A stretch of DNA of 61,676 bases, the filler included, from Squatina squatina (Eukaryota): NCBI GenBank assembly GCA_031763465.1. It is 3 parts of 3 records of this genome, joined end to end, with 100 filler letters (N's around TTAATTAATTAA, not from the genome) between each part and the next. Parts side by side here need not be neighbours in the genome. Positions count along the whole stretch, not along the records: positions 1 to 25,730 come from JARFOE010000080.1; positions 25,831 to 45,673 come from JARFOE010000233.1; 1 more part is not named here. One strand, given 5' to 3'. The notes beneath the pieces were generated by a model. That model saw only the letters and a list, made by a program, of their open reading frames with translations, did no database searches and had not been told where the DNA came from. Below, piece by piece: positions 25,473 through 37,072 of the stretch. The first letter of the stretch is position 1. Each line of letters starts with the position of its first letter. The translations under genes and the position numbers were made by a program.

Positions 25473-25685
25473 TTTATGGAGAAGATGGATAGGGACTACT
25501 ACACACTGGATGACATGTTTGTGTCAAAAGCAGCTAGAAAAGAGCAATCAGGCCAAGAAGATGAAAGGCAACGAAATAAAGCCATCCATGAGCACAAGAG
25601 ATTGGCTGGCCGCATGGAAAAATGCCAGTACTGCTTTGACAACCCAGAACTTCCAAAGCACCTTATCATTGCTATTGGTATAAAG
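25473..25685 (+). CDS. CWF19L2: CWF19L2 exon (start of the CwfJ C-terminal domain)
   Basis: ttctgtag| [21 protein letters not shown]...[24 protein letters not shown] |gtaagg. Confidence 0.93.
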
Positions 25686-25730
25686 GTAAGGTAAATAAAT
25701 CTCGAAGTCACTGCAATAAATTAGCTTTCA

Positions 25731-25830
25731 NNNNNNNNNNNNNNNNNNNNNNNNNNNNNNNNNNNNNNNNNNNNTTAATTAATTAANNNNNNNNNNNNNN
25801 NNNNNNNNNNNNNNNNNNNNNNNNNNNNNN
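25731..25830. other. Artificial scaffold linker 44N-TTAATTAATTAA-44N
   Basis: Palindromic 12-mer at 25775-25786 with stops in all six frames, symmetric N flanks, 100 bp in total. Gene neighbourhood changes across it. Confidence 0.95.
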
Positions 25831-27217
25831 GGAGGGGAGGGGGGGGCGGGGGAGGAAGGGGGAGAATGAGTTTTTTCCATGGCAGATCCCAGAAAGAAAT
25901 TAGGTTGTAAGGAGGTGAGGGATGTGTGTGATGAAGGATACAAGGAGGTAGTTAGAGAAGGCCTTTTTAATTTTGAACATTCCAATTACCTTATTTTTCT
26001 GGTTGCACTTAAAAAAATGTTTTAAAAGGAAATTTTTGAGATTAGCCCAGTATTTTCACCTGAAATTATTTGTGCGCAGGCTTGTTCGGGAAAGAATGAC
26101 CACTTAGGAAGGGTACCAGAGGGCTACTGGCACCATTGTTACTAAACCCCAGCAAGAGTCAGAACCTTCAAGAGGATGAGAAAGTATATCGTATCAGCTT
26201 TAGAAATAGTATACCAACTAATTTTCATGTTTCAGGCCATGTAGCTACCTTCTGAGCTTTCACTGACAGTTTCTCAACGCTGCTTTTCTGAATGAGTTCT
26301 TGGATTATTGCTTAAATTGTTGTCACTGTCTTGATCGCTCAACAGTTTTAAATAGTAAAGTAAATGGGACTGTTAACCCACGTGTCTAATTTTTTTTGAA
26401 CTGTTATTGATCAGCTCAGGATAATTGAAGCATTTCAATCACTTTTTTAGGTGTTGGTGATTTTAATGTCTGGGAGTTCTCTGGCAATCCTGCCTACTAC
26501 TGCTGTTATGATTATTTTGCTACAAATGACTCCACTGCTATCCACATGGTGCTGTTCAGTCTGGAGGAGCCATATGAAATGCAACTGAATCAAGTGACCT
26601 TTTGGCTCAATTTCCTCAAATCGCTAATCCCAGCAGAAGAGCCTATAGGTAAGGGTCAAGCCACGGCCTATTTACAGAACACGTTCATATGCCAATCATT
26701 GTTGTAGAGAAAGGAAGTATTAGAGACATTCAAAATAAGTTTGCATATTAAGATGGGAATTTAGTTCGCTTTAAGTATGAGCATCAATGGGTCAAATGGC
26801 CTTTTCTCCTCTTTGACGCTTTTATATTTTAAAAATCACACTTGTTAAATATAGTAAATACTGATTTACTTAGTATTCCCCTCTTGTAAATCCTTCAATA
26901 AAAGTTTTGCAGCTTTCTTTTTCTCTTTTCCTATGTACGACAGTAATAGTGCACCTAATATACTGAAGGTTTTTTTTAAATCTGTAGACATATTTAAAAA
27001 TGTAAAAGGACTGAAGACTAACAGAACCTCTGGAGCAGATAGCNNNNNNNNNNNNNNNNNNNNNNNNNNNNNNNNNNNNNNNNNNNNNNNNNNNNNNNNN
27101 NNNNNNNNNNNNNNNNNNNNNNNNNNNNNNNNNNNNNNNNNNNGAACTTCTAAAATTTAATGATAAATTGTATTCCGTCAGGACTGTGATTTTTATAATG
27201 GTCTTGTACATTCTTAG

Positions 27218-27338
27218 GTTTGGAAACGATATGCAGATATCTGATAGATTATTTGTGCTGGATACTGGTGCATCTGGATCTAAAGACATGAAGCTGCTAC
27301 GCAATCACCTGCTAGAATTAAGGAATAGGATTCTTTCT
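27218..27338 (+). CDS. DAPK1: DAPK1 exon (ROC-COR region)
   Basis: ttcttag| (R)FGNDMQISDRLFVLDTGASGSKDMKLLRNHLLELRNRILS |gtaagt. It matches DAPK1 FGNDLHISNKLFVLDAGASGSKDMKVLRNHL. Confidence 0.92.
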
Positions 27339-28439
27339 GTAAGTATCCTATGCTATGTCCTATGAATAAATGGATTGGGAGAGGAATAGTAGAACTTAAA
27401 GTATTCAGAAGAAAAGTTCACATGTCACAATGTGCTTTGGACAGTTCAGTTTCTCCCATTCTAGTAAGTCTTGCTGGTTTTTGGGATGTTCTCGGTCCAA
27501 AACATTTCTGTAAACTTGTGAAGCAAGTTGGATGCTTGGATGCAGTGTCTCTTTATGTACTTTCCTTCATTTCCTCTCCTAAAGGTACTGACTCGGGTCC
27601 ACAATTCCACTGATACCGCCTACAATATCTAAACTTGCACAACCAAACGTGGGCCTAGATATTGAGTGTTAGTGTGCTATTTGACCAAGGAGTGCATCAG
27701 AAAAATCCAGATACTGTGCAGGAGAAACTCATTTGCAGGCAGCACATTTAGAATACTACAAACTCCTTCCAAATGCTACCTCTTGTCTGCACCCACTGAT
27801 AATTCATTGTTTGGGTTCCTTGAAAAAAGGTGATTTTTTTTTTTACAGTAAATAAGCTGCATGCTGGTTAATTTACTGAGTTTTTTTTACTTCAAAATTA
27901 ATTCAGTTTGTAATTTAATTTTTAAAACATGAAAAATAAATGCTATTTTGATTTATCCATATTCACAAGACCAACCAGACCTCACTTTCCCAAAAGCTAC
28001 CTCAAAGTCATTCTTCCCTTCATAGCGGCACTGCCGTTTCACCTTCAAAAGTCTCACCTTTCACCACCACCGCCGCCACACCCCCCACCCCCCGCAAGGG
28101 TGTGCAGAAACTTACTCAGTCCAGGATCGGACTCTTCGCAGATGGGAGTTCGCGGTTTATCATATGAACAGGGAGTTGAGGATGTAACACATAGTCCGGT
28201 CCTGAAACACAACAACAGTCTGCATCCAGACTAGTAAAACACTCCGGTTACTGTTAAAAGAAAGACTAACATTTTTATAGTTTCACGCCACTGGACATCC
28301 CAAAGTGCTTTACAGCCAATGCAGTACTTTTTTGAAGTGNNNNNNNNNNNNNNNNNNNNNNNNNNNNNNNNNNNNNNNNNNNNNNNNNNNNNNNNNNNNN
28401 NNNNNNNNNNNNNNNNNNNNNNNNNNNNNNNNNNNNNNN

Positions 28440-28673
28440 CCTACAAGTCCAACTGATGCTGTATTGACTGAGTGGGCAGCTTCACCAGAGAATTCTGTGG
28501 GGCTTTTAATGTTAAAACTAAGAGGATTGGGTCGTCGGGATGCTGCAGACTTTCTTTTAAAGGCCTCAGCCATTTTCAAAGTTAACTTAGATACCAATGG
28601 ACATGAAACTTACATATCCAGTTGCAATGGAGGAACGTCTTATAATTCAATCAGCTCAGTAGTTTCAAGATAA
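28440..28673 (+). CDS. DAPK1: DAPK1 3' end (death domain end and Ser-rich tail, to stop)
   Basis: LMLKLRGLGRRDAADFLLKAS...SSCNGGTSYNSISSVVSR* is the characteristic DAPK1 C-terminus. The 5' part is lost in a gap. Confidence 0.95.
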   Translation, partial: PTSPTDAVLTEWAASPENSVGLLMLKLRGLGRRDAADFLLKASAIFKVNLDTNGHETYISSCNGGTSYNSISSVVSR

Positions 28674-29415
28674 AAAAAAAAGTACTGCAAAGCTGGTGAG
28701 AGGTGCAATTTTAACTGAATCCTCACTTTATAAAATGTATTCATTGTGTACAGATTGTGTTCAGATTGTGTTCAAAATAATTGTGTAACCTGCTTCCTTT
28801 GACAAGGAGGCAATAGTGAAATTTACTGTTATACACTGAACTTTTTTACTTCCACGTGATGAGCCACAATTCCTCAGTACTTAAGTTTAAATGGGTTATC
28901 TACTCAACTGCATTCTGTAAACGGCAGTAGTTTTTAACAAAAAAAAAGCAGATAGCCGTGATCCTAGATTGAAACAGATTTGTCACTTATGCAGATACGC
29001 TTTACAAAATTGCCATGTGCAAGTTGTCTGATTTGTAAGGCATATCTTCGTCTCTGTGGTAGTGTTTGTGGAAGTAAGTTCAGAAGAAGCTGTCTGCAGG
29101 AATGTGAATTTTTATAACAAGTTTTTCATCATCTCACCCATATACTCTTTATTTTCTATAAACTTGGGAAAAAGGGCGAACGTTTGTTTGCTATTGACAA
29201 TATTAAATTTGCTATGTAATGTCAACAACCAAATGCGAGTGCCTTTTTCAGGAAAGGGTTTCCTGATGTAAGTAGACCAATATTTGTTACAACTTTTACA
29301 TAGGAATCTTCTACCNNNNNNNNNNNNNNNNNNNNNNNNNNNNNNNNNNNNNNNNNNNNNNNNNNNNNNNNNNNNNNNNNNNNNNNNNNNNNNNNNNNNN
29401 NNNNNNNNNNNNNNN

Positions 29416-29960
29416 AAAATTAAGGGAATCAAGGGATATGGGGATAGTGCAGGAAAGTGGAGTTGAGAAAGATCAGCCATGATCTTATTCAATGGTGGAG
29501 CAGACTTGAGGGGCTGAATGGCCTCCTCCTGCTCCTATTTCTTTTGTTCTTATATTCCTTAGAGTTTAGAAGAATGAGAGGTAATCTAATTGAAACAAAA
29601 TTCTTAAGGGGCTTGACATGGTTAATGCTGGGAAAATGTTTCCCCTGGCTGGGGAATCTAGAACATGAGGTCACAGTCACAGAATAATGGGTAGGCCATT
29701 TAGGACTAAGATGAGGAGAAATTTCCTCAAAGGGTTGTGAATCTTTGGAATTCTCTACCCCAGGCAGCTGTGAATGCTCAGTCGTTGAGTATATTCAAGC
29801 CAGAGGTCGATACATTTTTGGGAACAAAGAGAATGAAGGGATATGGGGATAGTGCTGGAAGGTGGAATTAAGAGAGAAGATCAGCCATGATCTTGATGAA
29901 TGGCGGAGCAGGCTCGAGGGGCCAAATGGCCTACTCCAGCTCCTATTTCTTATGTTCTTA
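29416..29960 (+). mobile_element. Two adjacent CR1 LINE 3' fragments
   Basis: The tail gggatatggggatagtgc...gatcagccatgatctt...ctcctatttctt occurs twice, with an ORF2 end LEFRRMRGNLIET between. Confidence 0.9.
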
Positions 29961-30686
29961 CGTAACACTGATCGGAAATATGAAGGTCTGATTTCCGTAT
30001 ATATGCACAGAGTACTGATGTAATTATGGGACTCTTTTTCGATCTAAGAGTTTATACTTAGCTTACAAAGCTTTGATTTTGCTAGCATCGTGTCAACAAA
30101 TGCACTAAATCAGCTCACATGATTAGCTGGTGAATCTGGGTACAGCTCATAAAATCCAAGAAAAGTGGGGCTCTGTTGTCACTAGAAAACAGGCCATATG
30201 TATTTACAAGCGCAGCTGACAGTGGCATTTGGATGCACTATAGTAACCTAAAGGTGGCTTAAAAGATGGCAGGGTATTGAGATGTGGAGACTAGTCTTAC
30301 CAGATTGATGAGCTAAGATCTTGAAATATGACCTTCCTCATCCATATATATCATAATCTTGCAGCCAGTTATTCTACTGATTTGACTGAACAGTAGTCCT
30401 CAGGATGATTACTTGTGAGTTGTTAACCAGCCAAATATGGGCACCCTGGTAAAACTCAAAATTATGCAGAAAAACTGCATACAATCACTGCATCAGCTTA
30501 ATTTAAATGTAGCATATTGTAATATGATTTGCTTTATTATTAATGCAATATGTAAATTTTTTCATGCATTTTATTGTATGTTTGTGTTTTAATGGATTGT
30601 GGGGGTAGGGGACGGATTTGTGCGGAGAGGTTCTTAAACTGCTCTGTTACTTGTGAAGGTATTGTATATATTTTTGAATACCCATA

Positions 30687-30832
30687 GAGGTGAAATTGGT
30701 CTTCAATGGTAGCACTAAACAGATGATAGCGAATCAGCAGTCCGCTTTACACCCTGCCCGTTAAGCTTTACCATTGAAGTAAATTTGTTATTGCTCCTTT
30801 TGTGCTACTGCTGAAGACCAATTTCGACCCCC
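30687..30832. mobile_element. Short MITE with about 24-bp terminal inverted repeats
   Basis: gaaattggtcttcaatggtagcac (30692-30715) pairs with gtgctactgctgaagaccaatttc (30802-30825) at 21 of 24 positions. Confidence 0.65.
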
Positions 30833-31213
30833 AATCTTTTAATACTTGTTATTAGTAAAAACTATATTAACATAATTCTTGATTAATTTTACTAGAATAT
30901 ACAGAGGTATAGATATAATTTTGAAAGTAATCACCTGACAATTCTCTCATTTTCCATTTTTATATGATTTAGCCAGAAAACTGTAATTTCAGAAAACAGA
31001 TATTTAAGAAAACAAAATGCAGAATCTAGTCACACATGAAATGAATATTTAGTAATGTGCACTGACTTTTTCTTTAAATAGGTTTTTTATGTTTTACAGT
31101 TTACACTCTTGTATCGAGCACAGTCCTCTCCACGTAAATCCCATACACCTCTCTCTTAATATTGTTTTCTGTGACAAGCTTTGCAAATTGTATAACACAG
31201 AGGGTTTGAGAGT

Positions 31214-31408
31214 TCATGCGCTGGTTTGGTGTTTCTTTACAATGGATAGGAATTCCTCAACATCGTCAGGTGATCCCATAATGAGCGGAACTCGCTGATG
31301 AAGAGAGTCTGGCTTCACATCAAGTACTGGCTGGGCTCCTGTAGTGGCTTTTCCGCCAGCCTGTTCCATGATGAAGGCCATTGGGTTGCATTCATACAGA
31401 AGACGAAG
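31214..31408 (-). CDS. FBP2: Fructose-1,6-bisphosphatase last exon, FBP2-like
   Basis: ccacag| [64 protein letters not shown]. It carries the FBPase signature; QPVLDVKP and HQRVPLI resemble FBP2. The family call is secure, the paralogue call less so. Confidence 0.85.
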   Translation of the reverse strand, partial: LRLLYECNPMAFIMEQAGGKATTGAQPVLDVKPDSLHQRVPLIMGSPDDVEEFLSIVKKHQTSA

Positions 31409-31564
31409 CTGTGGTTAAAAAGACAATACATTTAATATGATTATTTAAAAAATGTACCGGCATACTGACAACATTATTTAGCGAGCTGGGGTGCATCACT
31501 CAGGTTGGCCAGTAGATATTAAGAGGGAGACAGGTTACTTCTGATAAGCAGTAAATGCTACATG

Positions 31565-31690
31565 GGAACATATGAACAGCCCCTCGAGCCTGCTTCACCT
31601 TTAAATTAGATTCAGGCTGATCTGTACCTTAGTTCCATTTACTGACCTTAGTTCCATATCCCTTGATATCCTTACCTAACAAAAGTCTAT
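31565..31690 (-). mobile_element. CR1 LINE 3' end fragment
   Basis: cagcccctcgagcctgct...ggctgatctgtacct...ccatatcccttgata. Confidence 0.7.
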
Positions 31691-33154
31691 CTAGATTTGT
31701 ATCACATCACACCAAATCGACAACAGGAGTCTAGTCTTTGAAAGTAGCGCGATAANNNNNNNNNNNNNNNNNNNNNNNNNNNNNNNNNNNNNNNNNNNNN
31801 NNNNNNNNNNNNNNNNNNNNNNNNNNNNNNNNNNNNNNNNNNNNNNNNNNNNNNNAGCCGAGATCAAACTTGGGATCATTGTTTTTCATGTTGTACATTT
31901 ATCCACCAAATTATCTGGCATTAGAGATTCAAATGCTTGGGGTTCAATCCAATTTACATCTGGGAAGGTTCTTTTAGCACCACTTGGACAGGATGCAAGA
32001 AAAAAAACTATGTCCCACAGGCAATCTTGCCTTTCTACCACCTTTCTGATTAATGGACACCATGCTCCTTTAATGTCGTTCCTCCTTAGCTGTAAATATA
32101 ACATTCTAGATGGTATTTCTTCTGCCTACGTTCTTGGAGTCAAGATGCACACATTCTAACTCAGTTTACTATGACCTCAAAATTGCAAAACTCTTTGCCT
32201 CCTTCAGTATCTTCTTCTTTCATCAGGCTTTTAAAATTCTAAGCTTGTCACTACTTTCAGATATATCTCATCATCTCTACTTTTTTCAACCCGCGTGGTG
32301 CTGACACCATCAACCGTGATCCTTTGCCTAGATTTCCCAAAGTAGATAGATGTCTGATTTTGAAAATGGAACAATGACATTCTTAAGCTCTTGTATCACA
32401 ATGAACATTATAGCTTTCACCTGAAGTTTGGGAGGAAGTAATGGAATCAGTCAGGATTCAACTTATACATGCCAACCATAAGTATTTCATACTGACTTAG
32501 CATTTTGGGGACCTGCTGGGTGTTTGCTGTCAAGAATCAGTATGGTCCATCCTCTCCTTGCTGAGATGGTGAGCAGACAATTACTTTCAAGTCAGTTCTA
32601 ATGCCGTTCTTGATCCTAAAAGGAGGCCTAAAAGGAGCATCAGATTTAATCAATTTCTAAATCATTTCTTAGCTCCTGAAATAACTCATGAACAACCAAA
32701 ATGTCAGACATTGACCCCTCTCTGTCCTTGCAAACAACAACCCCATTTGAAAACTCTTTTCCTCACCAAAATGCCCACCTCCAACAGTGCTGCTACATGT
32801 TTACATGACTTCAATCCTTTCTTATTTTGTTGTGGGTAGTTACACATCCTGTACAAGAAAGGTGTTGCATCCTGGATCTGTATTTTTAGAGAAGTACCTC
32901 AAAGATAGAGCTCACAGGAGAGAGACCCTAGAAATTATATTTTAATTAAGGATTGTACCCAAAATCTTGACCTGCCATATCACTTTACAGATACTGACTT
33001 GTGTTTTTCCAGCAGTTTATGCCCCTAGACATTATAGGGTTAATGTTCCACCTTTGCCTTACCGCCAAGGGGCCTCACCCAGTATCACTCACCCCATAAT
33101 TCAAAATTTATGTTTACAAGGAATCACCACTGACCACATTCGTTATACACTCAC

Positions 33155-33317
33155 CCTCTTATCAGGCTCAATAATTACAGCATCTTTATTCTCCTCTGAC
33201 ACTAGCATGCAAGTACTGAAGGATGATTTTAGCAGATTAATGATGAGATCATTCGACAGGACATCCAATTTCTTGACTTCGTCTCCAGTCACATTCACAG
33301 TCCCTGCAATTCCACAC
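33155..33317 (-). CDS. FBP2: FBPase second coding exon, copy A (probably FBP2)
   Basis: ttttattcag| [54 protein letters not shown] |gtgagt, 163 bp. Confidence 0.8.
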
Positions 33318-34507
33318 CTGAATAAAATAATACATGATGGATATTTGAGCATTTATCAAACAACATCCACTTAAATATATAGCATAACACTAGTTGTTAA
33401 CAGTTTAGTTAGAGGCTATTTTGTAGCCTGATCACACAGGCACAGCTCTTTTAAATGGCAAAGATCTATGATTAAAAATCTCCTCCTCCACAGTGCTTGT
33501 TTATTGAGATAGCCCTCCATTCTCTCTTTTCTCCAGGGTTCTTGTGTTGTTCACAGTGACTTGGAGGTTATGCTGCTTTATGAAATGTAATGACAAAACT
33601 TGCATGATCACAAGACTTTTAATGTAATATAAATATAGAAAACTCTCTACAAGTTCACTAACTCCCACTTGCTCAGTACCGTAGAGATATCACACTACTC
33701 TCTCCATCTTTCACCTGCCAAAGAAATCTCCTTGACCAAAAACCATATTGATTTAGTACAACAAATTTAACCTGTGAATGTAAAAGTTCTGTTATAAATC
33801 TTTCGTTACTGTTCACAAAGGTTATTTACAAACAAATGAGGAAAGCAATCAGCCAGATAGGACGATTTGTGCTCCAACTGGTTTTTAAATTAAAAAAACG
33901 AAACAAGTTGTAGTGCTTCATGGGTTTCCAGACCAATAATGCAGTGGGAGACTGTGAGAAATTTCCAGCTATTCATTTTGCCGGCCTTGGTTTATGTTCT
34001 CCATATTAACTCTTTCCTGGCACCAGGTTCCTTAAAACGTCGCTTATTTTTTATTTTTTCACCCCTACCTGCCAATTTATTACTCTCCTCTCTTGAAGGC
34101 AGTGACTTATTACTGGTTACAGTTCTATTTGCACCAGAAACAAGTACCTGACCCAAATGGTCATTCTTTGTATGCTGTGATTCAGGTCATAAATGGCAGA
34201 CAGCTATTTGGTCATGGGGGAAGCATTATAATCAATCCCAATGTTGAACTCAATCAACATCCTCACGTGCGGACTTTGTAACTTGGATTATTAGATAGAG
34301 ATGTGGAGAAGAGGATCTAGCTGATTTTTTTTTCTCTAAGAGCTGCTACGGCCAGTTATATCCTTGGATGTCCAATTCCTCTACACTTCTATCCCACATC
34401 AAGATTGTATGTGGGCCCAGTGCTTCTTCCTATGCTTAACAGTTTTTAATGTTCTGAAACAGGTTTTGTAAAATAAAATAAGTATTGGAATCTAGCTAAA
34501 TCTGTTA

Positions 34508-34582
34508 TAGAAACATAGAAAATAGGTGCAGGAGTAGGCCATTCGGCCCTTTGAGCCTGCACCGCCATTCAACACGATCATG
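34508..34582 (-). mobile_element. CR1 LINE 3' end at a contig edge
   Basis: tagaaacatagaaaataggtgcaggagtaggccattcggccctttgagcctgcaccgccattcaa. Confidence 0.8.
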
Positions 34583-35956
34583 NNNNNNNNNNNNNNNNNN
34601 NNNNNNNNNNNNNNNNNNNNNNNNNNNNNNNNNNNNNNNNNNNNNNNNNNNNNNNNNNNNNNNNNNNNNNNNNNNNNNNNNNACAGAAAAACACCTATTT
34701 CAATAGATGTTATTGTGGTGCACAGCCCCTTCTAATCAGTCTAGTAAACCTCCCTCATCAGTCTGGTTCCTGTGGTTGCACAGATTCTAGCCACAGCTGT
34801 GCCTTGTTTTTCCCAAACTATTAAACTCCTGTCTTTTCAAGGTCTGTGATTTCATGTTATTTTACTGTGTTTCATTCAGCTATAATCAACTAGTTTTTCC
34901 CCCATCAGTCTTTTCACTAAGCTGGTTATGTTTGGTTACTTTGTTTTGTGAGCTAATTATGATTACATATGTGTGTGTTTATATAAAGTATTAAAAAAAG
35001 TAATTGCATGCATATACATGTATAAAGAAAATAAATGTTAAAAGACAAATGACTAAGTAAATTGACTATAAGCAGGTCAGTGTAAGATGAGTATTTGCAG
35101 TACTTTCCGTTCCTATTTTTATTTCAGATTCCAGTATCCACAATATTCAGCTATGACCCTCCTTTAACAAATCCATGCTGTCCTTGATTAATCTGTGCCT
35201 TTCTAATTGAAGATTTATACTGTCCTTCCCTCAGAATTTTTCCCGATAATTTGCCCACCACCGAGGTTAGGCTGACTGGCTGTAATTACTTAGTCTATCC
35301 CCTTTCTCAGTTTTAAACAATGGTACAACTTTAGCCTTCCTCCAGTACCACACATAGCAGGGCTCACTGGAAAGCATGAGGTATAGCTAAGCAGAGGGAC
35401 CAACTGCTGTACTTGTACAAGTTACCTTGGCTGAGATGAACTTAGCCAGGAGAGAAAAAGTGATGGATCCTAAATTCTCCTAATTTATATGGCTCATCCC
35501 CCGCAGCCTTCATGGAGCTACATGCAATAATCTTTATATTAAAAAAAAGTAGTTTACACAGGCATTGCTACAATAGGATCCAGATTATATTGAACTGGTA
35601 ATGGTAGAGTTGATTATACTCCTTTGGATCAAATCAGTTTAAAAAAAAAACACCTAATGATGCTGGCAATAAATAACATGCATGCTACAAGCCAACACAA
35701 TGTTAGTATCATTATGCTTGTGAGCAGATTAAAATCTACCAGTAAACAGCAAATCCACACCTGAAATTACAGGCTACAGTTAGATGGTACAATTTGCAAA
35801 ACATTTAAAAATTGATGTTGTGTAATATACTTAATCATATACAATATACGACAGTAAATCTCTATGGTACACTTATCAAAGAGAGTGTTGTTTTGGCTTC
35901 AACTTTAAAGGCAAAATGTTGCCTTTACAATATACAAGGAATCTCTCGTAACTGAC

Positions 35957-36122
35957 CTGTTGGTCTGGATCCACGATGATGGCATTTTTTTCTTCTTCAG
36001 AGACAAGGACACATGTACTGAAGGAGGATTTTAACATGTTTATTACCATGTCATTGGAAAGTACATCGAGCTTCTTCACCTCGTCCCCCGTCACATTGAT
36101 TCTGCTTCCAGAAAGCCCATAA
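35957..36122 (-). CDS. FBP1: FBPase second coding exon, copy B (probably FBP1 by position next to AOPEP)
   Basis: actttctag| [55 protein letters not shown] |gtcagt, 166 bp. The paralogue is assigned by synteny. Confidence 0.75.
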
Positions 36123-36719
36123 CTAGAAAGTGAGTTGGAGGTTAGCATCATTGTTCATACTCTGCACGAATAAAGTAAAATGCATTAGTGTGCACCAAGT
36201 TTACAGAAATTAAATGTTACTCTCTGTAGCACTGTTCTTTGTACCATTATACTGAAGCTCAGCAACTACCAATGTGAATATTTGCACTAGTCACCCTCCA
36301 GTATCCTGCCCAAGTATCCATTCTTCATGTGAGCCTCGACAATGACACTTGGCAGCGTGTTCAACTAGAAGGATGGGTCATGGCTGAGCCCAACTATCAT
36401 CTTTGCCATCCAGATGTGTAGGCTTTTGAGGGGTCACTGCACAAAAACCAGGAGGTGCAAACAAGAAAATTTCCCCCCTCCCTATTTCAAAGGCATTGAA
36501 TGCAATTTTAGCACCCTTACCATCATCCCAATTAGAATTATTGAATGGTTACAGCACAGNNNNNNNNNNNNNNNNNNNNNNNNNNNNNNNNNNNNNNNNN
36601 NNNNNNNNNNNNNNNNNNNNNNNNNNNNNNNNNNNNNNNNNNNNNNNNNNNNNNNNNNNGATAATCCGTTGAATGTGGGAGGAGTGGACCAGGTCACGGA
36701 GGGAGCTATCCCTTCTGAA

Positions 36720-37072
36720 GATTCTGAAGGGGATTGACAGGGTAGATGCTGAGAGGTTGTTTCCCCTGGCCAGAGATTCGAGAACTAAGGGGCATTGTCT
36801 CAGGATAAGAGGCAGGCCATTTAAAGCCGAGATGAGGAGGAATTTGTTCACTCAGAGCATTGTGAATCTTTGGAATTCTCTGCCCCAGAGGGCTGTGGAT
36901 GCTGACTCTGAGTACATTCAAGGCTGAGAGAGAGATTTCTGGACTCCAGGGGAATGAAAGTATATGGAGATTGGGCAGGAAATTGGACTTGATCAGCCAT
37001 GATCTTATTGAATGGCAGAACAGGCTCGCGGGGCCACATGGCCTATGACTGCTCCTATTTCTTATGTTCTTA
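36720..37072 (+). mobile_element. CR1 LINE 3' fragment
   Basis: KILKGIDRVDAERLFPLARDSRTKGHCLRIRGRPFKAEMRRNLFTQSIVNLWNSLP, followed by the tail ctcctatttcttatgttctta. Confidence 0.92.

Noticed and set aside
25775-25786. TTAATTAATTAA as a homeodomain site or other biological palindrome
   Set aside because: Symmetric 44-N flanks and an identical second copy mark it as a synthetic linker.
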